64,000 bases of DNA from Paramecium tetraurelia. Lineage: Eukaryota. This document shows positions 54,710 to 64,000 of the stretch, piece after piece. The stretch is from contig CT868057.1 in NCBI GenBank assembly GCA_000165425.1, positions 62,001 to 126,000 on the forward strand, read 5' to 3'. Positions within the stretch are counted from its first letter, which is position 1, and the number at the start of each line of letters is the position of its first letter. The notes under the pieces were generated by a model. That model had not been told where the DNA came from, made no database searches, and was given only the letters and a program-made list of their open reading frames with translations. Position numbers and translations under genes: made by a program.

Positions 54710-56932
54710 TCAATACACTAATTTATTGTCCACCCATCTCCCCTCCATCATCTTTCCATCCCTTCTGTAAAACACCCCTCTCCCGTTTATTAAGTCCCTC
54801 TCGAACTACCCTACAAATCTCTCCCCATTCGTTAAATGCAAACTTCCCTAACCCTCCTTGTTATCCATCCAAAAATTACCACTATATTTTATCCAATAAC
54901 TAGAATTATCACTACAACTCTTACTCCTCCACATAATCAAAGTCCCTATAATCAAAGGATTCCTCCAACATCTAAGGATGCTCATTATACAAAGTTCCAA
55001 AACCGTCAAATTGATCCTCGTTCCACTTCCCCTCATACGCAGGCTATCCTGTTCCGTAATATAATTTTCCTACGAATAAGAATAAACAATTACCTTCCCC
55101 ATGCATTTTATTCTCTTTCCATTCTCCATCATACAAACCACCATCCTAATAATAAAATCTTCCTTATCCATGTCTCATCCCATTCATTTTCATACCCTCA
55201 TAACGTGATCCATTTCCATAATGTTCCACTACGAACTCTGCCCCATCAGCTTTCTCAACTTTGATTTGAGACGTCTCACATGGCAAACTGAACTCTTTTG
55301 TTATCGTATTCTTAATCTACTATGGTAAGTTGGTAGAGTCACTTAAAATTTTGGAGGATTCAAATTTTCCTTATCTCTGAGTATTTATATCTTCATCTTG
55401 TTAAGCGTCTATGTTCACATCAAATTTGGAAGGTCTACTACACATTTCTGAATGGAAAATCTTGGATAAAGAATCACATTAATCTTATGATGCTGGAAAT
55501 ACTTAAATTGGGAGTATATTTGACTCTGTTTATTAATTGACCTATGCAGATTTCGAATTCTTTTAATGCATCGATTACTTAGGAGGAAGAGAAATTTGTT
55601 GAATTGAATTTTTATTACTAAGGATAGACTAATCAGTTGTTGTTGTTGTGGTTACTATTGCATTATTTTTATTATGTGTATATAGCTGATTGTTTTTATT
55701 TTAGTATTCATAATTCAGCTATCTCGAACTAGCATTTTAGCTTTGAGTTTTTTATTTTGGAAGTGACCTATCTCTTGTTTATAATTAGGCTTATTAGATT
55801 GGAATAGTATATTTATTGACTGGTGTTGAACTTCGTTATGAAGAATTTGTTTTGATAGTGTATTGATGAGCATATTCAATAGGTGATATAGCTTGAACTT
55901 GATTTATTCTCCTTGATTGATTATTTTATGTATTATATGCAAATTCCAATTATAATGAGTTTGAATTAGGTTAATGAATTGTCTCCATCTACCCAATTGG
56001 CTAAGGTTGTATTATCTATCTTGGAACTACATTAGGTACTTGTTATTATGAGTAATATGAATTTCCTTATTAATTAATAATTTGTTCCATTTATATTAGA
56101 TCAGGTCTTTAGTCTTCTTATATAATGAGCATCATTGAAATAAAATTACAAAATTGTTATCCAAATCGAGTTCTTAATTTTTGGAGTTTTATAGTCAATT
56201 GGTCTTCCAAAAATTTGCCTTGGGTGTAATTGTAACAGTCACTATTTACTTGATTCAAGCTTAGGTGTAAGAAAAGCATCCCCAAAGTAAATAGATCACT
56301 TTTATATTGATTATGCTTAGGCCACCAATTATTTGACCTAATTGTATTAACTAAAGTAGGGGACAAATAAATTGACTCCATGCAATTAGGATTCTGTAAT
56401 ATTTGAACATAATTAGTATTCTGTTGGAAATACTGAGGATCACTTACTTTCACAACCCCATTCATTAAGAATAAATACCTAAGTTATAAAGTATTATGCG
56501 AAATTTAATTTCTTTATAAGCACGCTAAACCAGATATTGCTTGTTTCAGATAATCAATTAATTGAATTTCATTGATAGTCTGTACTCTGTCTAAATTGCT
56601 TTACGGATATTCAAATAGTAAATTAACCTTGTAAAATTATCCACATAGTTATTGTTCAAATTCATAAAAGTAATTGCTGAGATTTAGAATATTAGGATGA
56701 TTAATCTTTTGTCTGCTCTAAAATTGATGAATAGTCTTCTTAAAATGATCTTCATCAGTAATATTGATGGCACGTAAGATTAATTATTAATGCGGATCAT
56801 GTTTATGTTATAAGATCTTGCATTCAGGGAAATCTGAAGATAATGGTATCAATCTTTACCATTATTGTGAACATTCAGCAAGGAATAATGCTCAAAGAGC
56901 TTGTTAATTGGCTTTGAATCGGCGGCTCCCAT
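54710..56932 (-). CDS. Pseudokinase with N-myristoylation motif, Q-rich linker and C-terminal MORN repeats
   Basis: MGAADS start; kinase-fold motifs HPNIL, YLSP, KSDLFTLG; about 7 MORN repeats (Y.G.W..G...G.G) at about 54730-55270. Confidence 0.75.
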
Positions 56933-56971
56933 TTGATTTTCAAAAAATAATTAACTGTCTATATATATTAA

Positions 56972-57557
56972 TCACTCATTTTAAGCAAGTCTATCTTGTG
57001 CTATCCTAAACAGTCTTTGGGCCAACTCAAAGTTTATTGCCTCTTCTTCTGGCAGGGTACGTAGACGCTACTCGAAATAAATAGAGTCAGCATCAAGATG
57101 TGGACGATCATAGTATTCCATCTCCTTCTCACTTAGTTTTCTATCCAATTCACTTTTCAAGATGTATGGTAAATTGTTCACTTCCTTTTGCACAACTGCC
57201 ATAACTTCAGCGTGTTTATCGAGCCAATATTTTTCTTAGAGCATTCTCAAATACTTAATAAATAATCTGATCTTTTACATGTAATTCTGCATAGTTCTAC
57301 ATAACTTCATTCAGCTTCTTTTTATCTTCCGGAGAGAGTTTGAATGTGAAACGATGTTTGTTACGATGATCTTCGTAGAATTTGGTAAATAATTTGATTC
57401 TCTTAGCATCTAGCCAAGGATGGATAGACCCTTCTCCTGTAAACTCAGGGACATAAATATTTAATCCCCTGAAACGTCTCTTTTCCTTCCTAGCCAATAA
57501 TTTTTGCTTAAATGTTTTGTGCACCACAAAGGAGAATTTAGGCGTGAAAAATTACAT
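56972..57557 (-). CDS. Probable mitochondrial protein (possibly mitoribosomal)
   Basis: Basic, acid-poor N-terminus MQFFTPKFSFVVHKTFKQKLLARKEKRR; one tiny intron; family not identified. Confidence 0.55.
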
Positions 57558-57633
57558 AATTAATTTTTATTAATATTTGATTTCGAATCCATTTTGTTTG
57601 ACTGATTAAATACAGAATTCAAATATCGAATCA

Positions 57634-59682
57634 TCAAGCTAATTGCAATCTCTTGGATATTTGTTCATTCATTCTTTGCAATTGTTCACTCTTCACATAA
57701 AACGTACTCACTTTCTTATCGAATTCCTGTTGTAACTATTTTATGTTGATGCAATTGTCATTCCTTTCTATTGAAGTAAGACCTGCAATATAATCCGTAA
57801 TATCTTTAAGTTATTTCTTTAGATTCTATCCAAACTGCTTTCTAAATTATGAATCCACAATCTTCTCACTCTCCAAAAACACATTGCATACATTGTTCAC
57901 CTAAGCGAATTTATTACCTATTGCGTTGAAGAATCCCTTTACTTACTGCTCTGCACTTGTTATAAAGGCATTCACACCAGAATAATCCTACAACAGCAAA
58001 TCTAGTTTCTGTTTCAATAGTGTTATCTCAGATTCTCGAATTGTTGTTATCATCTTTTAGATTTCGTAGATGTTCTTAATACTCTTTAACATCATTAAGG
58101 CCTTCTTCACAATTATCATTTCATTCACCTACACCAGAGAACAAAGATCACTTAATAACAATTCCAGCATCTGGTATTTTGAATCGAAATCATTCTAACT
58201 AAAAATTTAATGTTAATATAAGTAAGCATCCTTCTAACCAATCACATACATTTTGTTTATCGTCTGTAAATTATTATTGCCAATCATACTGGACAAACAA
58301 ACCAAACTTTCCAAAGATTTCCTTAACTAATCAGAGATCCTTGTAATCTAAGGTTTTTGTAAAAATTATAAATCATTGCATTCACTCTAAAATTTCTTCT
58401 ACATCTCCATCAAACTATCCATTAATTGCAAGAGATCCTTTTCTAAATTTGACAACATAGTCTAATCTAAATTGATAACTCGATGCTTCTCAGGCTCTGC
58501 CAAGAATTCATCAAACAATTATGGCTCTTCCAATATTTATACAGGTAGTTCTATAGATTATCGATAATCATTTGATTTAAAAAAGAATGGGTTCGATTTA
58601 AACAACCAGAATGCATCCACTTTTTATAAATCTCTCTAAATCTGAGAACTCATGCCTTCGAGAGATATTAAAAAATGATCCAGTCTCTCTCGATCCTTCA
58701 TCGGAAATGCAGTGTAAATACTCTTAACAGGAAAAAATTAACCGTACCTTTGAATAAGAGATCTCATCGGATGTTTGTAAAATACCTTTCTATTCTTACC
58801 TTGTTATTGCACTTCCAATAGATTTCTGTAATCTTGATTGCCCCTCTCAAAATCTATGATCTTTTGATAAGCTAATGTGAATGTTGATATGAAGTTTTCC
58901 CTGTCTTCATTACTTTTGAATTATTATAACAAATTTTTTAGTGAAATGTATTATTGCTACTTTTCTGCCACCTCTATAAACTCCTTATCCTTTGTGATTC
59001 TCTGTATTTTGCTTTGAGCCTATTATCTATCAAAAGAGTCATCCAGAGTAAACTAAACCTTCTTTTAGATCTAATTTTTTTGTTGCTTTAATTCTTCGTT
59101 TTGGTTTGCCACTTCCTTATTAGTCGGTGACTGAATGACTTACTAGGATGTTATAGTCTCCTTTTGCTCAACTATATAGTAATCATTACCTTAAGCAGAT
59201 TACCTCAACACCGAAGAAAAATATTACTAAAAATATAATACACTATAACATACCATGTATTCTCTAAGATCTTCATAGAATTTCCTTGTAGTTTGTAAAA
59301 TCGTAGTAAGTCGTTTTATATACCTTTGTTATTTTAATAGTTGCGCCTTCATAATCTCGATTCTCCTCTGATGAAAATCATCATTAATTTCTTAAGGCTC
59401 TATTTGTAACTTCCCCTTCTTAACATCGTTGGTGCTAAAAAACAAAGCTCTTGAATTTTTCATTGGAGGCCTGTCAAGAGATATAGCTATTTTGAATTCG
59501 TCTATTTATGCCAAATCAGTTTGCAGATCGACTAATTTATTTGTTAACTATTTGTTCTTTTTTTCTAAGTTTTTGATATGCTTATATCTAGAATCATTTA
59601 TAGTGAATATATTCTTTGATTGTTTAGTCTCAAATGGTCTAGAACTCAAATATTCTTAACTACTGCTTGTTTATAATTTCAT
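57634..59682 (-). CDS. Hypothetical coiled-coil/helical protein
   Basis: Code-6 frames from MKLQTSSSQEY to SKRLQLA* joined by several tiny introns. Confidence 0.6.
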
Positions 59683-59708
59683 ATATTAATATATATATAT
59701 AATATATA

Positions 59709-62109
59709 TCATTTTTTGATACTTGGAAGCTTGAATTGCTTTTTAATATCACAAATACTCTTTGTGGTTGGAGTCTTGGATTTCAAGACTGGCTTTTTTG
59801 TAATTTAAGTACATTCTAATAAAGGACTCTTGGAATCAAAATCTACTGATTTCTTTATTATTAAGGTTGAAGCTCCATTTTAAATTTATTATCTTTTGAG
59901 CAAATTAGTTTAACTTTAATTGCTATTCTTGATTTTGCTCAGTGGATACTTTTTTTTGTATTTATTTAAGTAATCATTTAAGTCAATTTTATTTATTTCC
60001 AAATCATCCCTCTCTTAATCCAACAACAATTGTCTTTACTTTTAATCATTCTTGAGGATGATTTCCTCTTTTTCCATCATCTCTTGGTCTCTCTTATTCA
60101 TTAAATTTTCATCATTTGGCTTCAGTAATTCCTCTTTGGTTTACTGAATCATAAATTAAAAAGAACGAGATCCACTTAAAATACAATCCTATACAGCTTC
60201 ATTGAACATATTTAAAATAGTTAAATCATCACTATCTATTTTTTTATATAATAATGGTAAAATCTACAATGATTATTAAGTGATACCTTTATTAATCTCA
60301 TTCTGACATTTACAACTGGATCTTTTGAAAATATCAAAATATCAAAGAATTCATATTGTTTGAATAATTTCTTAGAAATGTATTCCGAAAATGATTCAAC
60401 AATGTTGATAAAGGTGATTCGATTACAGTAGCTATCAGACTTAAAATAAATTTCGAACAATTGATTAATCCAATCCTTCCTCTTTCTCAAATCTCCATAC
60501 TGACTCAAGTATAAAGCGATATTATCACAACACAATTTTTTAGTTTTTGGAATACCCTTAGCAATAACAGTAATCATCGCATTCATTAACATATTGACGT
60601 CACTAAAAATCTACTGGCATTTTTTTTGAATTGGTCAAGAAATTCTATTTAGAAATCCCAAAGATTTCGAGTAATTAGACTATTAAGTAATTCAAGTGCT
60701 GGTTGACCAAATTGCGGTTGTTACTGACTAAGCATATTATGAACATAATACTTGTTTTTTGGAAGGAATTAATAATGGAGGCGAATCTCAATATCAGAAT
60801 TTCCAATATTGTAACACTCTTTGATTTCATGAAGTTCATAAACACCTAAAACAGTATCTCAGTATTCTCAGAAAGGAGTACAACTTCATGGAAACAATTG
60901 ATTACGGTTCTTACAATAAACTCATTGGTGTCATTGCAACATTGTAAATAAGATTCTTAGAAGTATTCAAATTTCTTAGCTGCCAAAGATAAAAGAGCAG
61001 GGAAATTACTTATAAAGTTGACTCTTACATCAATGTTCTTACTCTTAGCATATGACATATATATGTTAAGAAAGAGTGTGAATTACTGCTAATTCAAATG
61101 ATCTTTTATCTATTTATTATTAATGTAGATAATTACAAGATGAAATATACGTCCGCACATTTTGGACATTACCAATCTATTCTCCTCATTTTGACTTTGG
61201 ATTGAATCAATAAACTATTTAGTGCATCTATTTTTAATCTCCTCTGCTGATAGGTTATTTGCAATTGTAAAAAATAGTTTCATACCTGAACTCCTCACAA
61301 TTTAATCAGTATCATAAAATAGCTCCATTATTTTTTCCATTAAGTAACACTCTATTAAATCACTGGAAATCGATTAGCACACTTTAATCAACACATCATC
61401 AGCCATAATCAACCGGATTTCCTTATCATGATCTGAACATAAACTCCTAGCTCTATCAAGTATCGGACCTTTAATTTCATTTCCAAGAAGCTTATCTATT
61501 AAATTTACATTACTTAAGCCAAAGTGCCCATGAGTTTGGCAGAGCTTTAACGGGACATTGAAGGTTGGGAGCTATCTGTTAAAAGTAATATCAATTATTA
61601 GATTGGAATGAGGATATTGTTTATGCCTATTGCTCTTAGGAGAGTATCCATTGTTAAGACCCATTCATTTAAGACTGGAAGCGACCAAATCTTCAATATT
61701 TGAGTTGTCAAATCGTAGATTTGTAATAACTCCTAATTTGAGAGGGAATTCTCTTTTATTAACTTCTAAAGAGATTTAGCTGCAATAATTTAATTGTCTT
61801 CTTCTTGTTATTAGATTTCTTCGCTTGAAATTGTAGAATTAATATATTTACATTATAACTTAAAAAAGAAATTCAAAAGCATTAGGTTCCTTTAAAATCT
61901 TGTGTAAATTAGAATAAATCTAGAGATAAATCACAATAATCTACAGCTTTCTTCTGCAATTGTTATCCCTTTGTTAAAATATAAATGGATCTTTAACATT
62001 CACTTAAATCTTCTTCCAAAGTCAACTTCTTCAACTCATCTTCACTCTAATATTTATGTAGAATATCTACTTTAGTACTAGTTTTATACTCCTGTTCAGG
62101 GAAAAACAT
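59709..62109 (-). CDS. PPP4R4: HEAT-repeat protein phosphatase 4 regulatory subunit 4-like
   Basis: SEDELKKLTLEEDLSECQRSIYIL.KGQQLQ resembles the PP4R4 N-terminus; HEAT motifs LCSDHDKEIR, SKDPVVNVRM. Confidence 0.78.
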
Positions 62110-63456
62110 ATAGATTTAAATATTAAAAATAATAATGAAAAAGGCTTTATATGTTTAAATTCGCATCGTTAATCACCTATTTGATTATTCTTCTCATTGC
62201 AATTGTATCATATGCATCATAGTCTATTTTCAGATTCAAATTGATTACCTCTTTTATGATCCCTCAACCAATACACTTGATATTTAGATTAGCATTTCAT
62301 AAATTTTAATGTCAATTCATTTTTTTCAAACTTTATGTAATTTTGGATTTCTCAAAATATTCCTAAACAAACCGTCCATCTTTATTCTCTTACTGAATCT
62401 ATATAATTGATACCTCCAATTATTCAGTTTTCTCTTAAGCATTATATTTGCTAAATATAAAGTTATTTTAATTGCTGAACTTTAATCAACATTTTGACTT
62501 AAATATTTTTTGAGTTTTCTATGATTCATTTCAAATTAGTCACAGCTAATCCAATGCAGAACTGATCCCTCCACTAAATTCTTAGTTTAGAATGATTTTT
62601 TAATTTAGTTATCGAAGTCTACTTCTGATCTTAAGTTTATTCAATTATTATTCTACAATATAATCAAACTGATCCTTGTATTTCAATCTACTCAAATTAT
62701 TAATCATAATAATAGGGGACGCAGAAATCAATTTATTTAAATAAAGGATTGGTAAATATGGATGCCAATTTTAAAACAGATTATCAAATCTCAATAATTC
62801 AAAGTTCGAAAGCAGGGAGCTTTAAAGAGCATTTTTTTTTCAAAAATTTTTATTCTTTTAGTGAATATAAGTGAGATTAATTAAACATATTTTGAATAAA
62901 TTTTTGTAATAGTTACTTCTTTGCAAAAATATAACTTATTTTATTTGTGTATTACATATAGATATTATTATTTCTATTTTTTATCTCAAAATTATTCTAA
63001 TCTCACATCATAATGAATATTCTCTAAGATAAATGTGATATCCAAAAATCTGTATTTTCTAAGATATCTCAGTTGAAATAAATTTCTATTAATGAGACTT
63101 TTGACATATAATAATCTTGTTTACAATTTTATTAAAAATGAACAATTTTGTTTAATTACTTTCAAACTAAATCCAATTATTCCTATTCATGGAATATTTT
63201 TAGATCTTGCTTTGTTTTATACTACATTTAATTGTTGTTTAATATATAAGCTAAACTTTCTTTTACTAATTATATAGGTTTATTTCTTAATTCATTTGGT
63301 ATCTGATTCTTAATATTTGCTTTCTTTATACATTTAGGATCTTTACTAGCCAATTACTGAAACCCAAATTTTTCGATACAAATTAAAAATTCTTTATTCA
63401 TTAACCTTATGTTTAAGAGCTTCGATTTTAATTTTTAATTTAAATCATATATAATA

Positions 63457-64000
63457 TCACACCTTAAGAATATACTTCTCTCTATTAATCATTTCTTCAT
63501 AAGCATCTTAAATGGTCTTAGAAACCCCTCCAAACCATTTCGAATTTTTTACTCCCTCTATATTAAATCTCTTTTCTGGATTTGGATTTACCATTCCCAA
63601 AAAGAGTTCCCTATAATTAAATTGTATAAGTACTTGAAATCGAACGAAAACTCCATTTTTTACGAATGAATTTCCCAAAACTATTTGTGATTCTCCTAGA
63701 TTATCAAATTGTATAATGCATCCTATTAGTTAGCTTTCGAAAATGGTGGCTAACCCTTATACATAATGAATAGAATGACTCCCAATGAAAAAACATCGGC
63801 TTTAACTCCATCATATATTGCTCCATACAATACTTCTGGTGCTTAATAATCTTAATAAGTATTGTGATATAATACTCTTAGTTCCAACCTTAGTCTTCAA
63901 TTTGCCATCTTTGTATTTATTCAGATATGAGGCGCATGCAAAATTACATAGTTTTAGATTAAATTTTCTATCTAATAATATTGACTCTAATTTTAGATTT
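63457..64000 (-). CDS. CAMK-like kinase homologue, probable pseudokinase (5' partial)
   Basis: NLKLESILLD, LKLCNFA, GT..YQAPEV, YDGVKADVFSLGVILF, PEKRFNI. Confidence 0.8.

Noticed and set aside
54836..55264. 142-aa plus-strand ORF and apparent periodic repeats
   Set aside because: Antisense shadow of the MORN repeats; not a CRISPR array or a separate gene
62110..63450. Coding-like minus-strand fragments between PPP4R4 and the terminal kinase
   Set aside because: Frames are interrupted by TGA and no domain is recognisable; possibly a gene relic, but no model can be supported

Overview
AT-rich, gene-dense eukaryotic DNA that reads as ciliate macronuclear sequence, most likely Paramecium (inference). 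TAA/TAG act as Gln, TGA is the only stop (translation table 6), introns are tiny (about 22-30 nt, GT..AG) and intergenic gaps are often under 50 bp. The supplied standard-code ORF track therefore fragments the real genes and adds antisense artefacts. Hand translation gives about 35 genes, including VPS4, a PHO80-type cyclin, RIO2, cysteinyl-tRNA synthetase, a Slo/BK-type K+ channel, a PCM-like crystallin-domain protein, a trichocyst-matrix-like protein, BBS5, TSR1, PPP4R4, several kinases and pseudokinases, and hypothetical genes. The main finding is two tandem paralogues (39418-43347, minus strand), each encoding four concatenated 2/2 truncated-haemoglobin domains. In the lower gene the putative proximal His recurs every 117-119 aa. 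Other notable items are a PHTF/gustatory-receptor-like membrane protein, an apparently catalytically dead S10 carboxypeptidase, an intronless DUF1772 gene, a myristoylation-motif pseudokinase fused to MORN repeats, a membrane-anchored PX protein and 10-14 bp gaps between tandem genes. All coordinates and family calls come from manual reading and need database confirmation.
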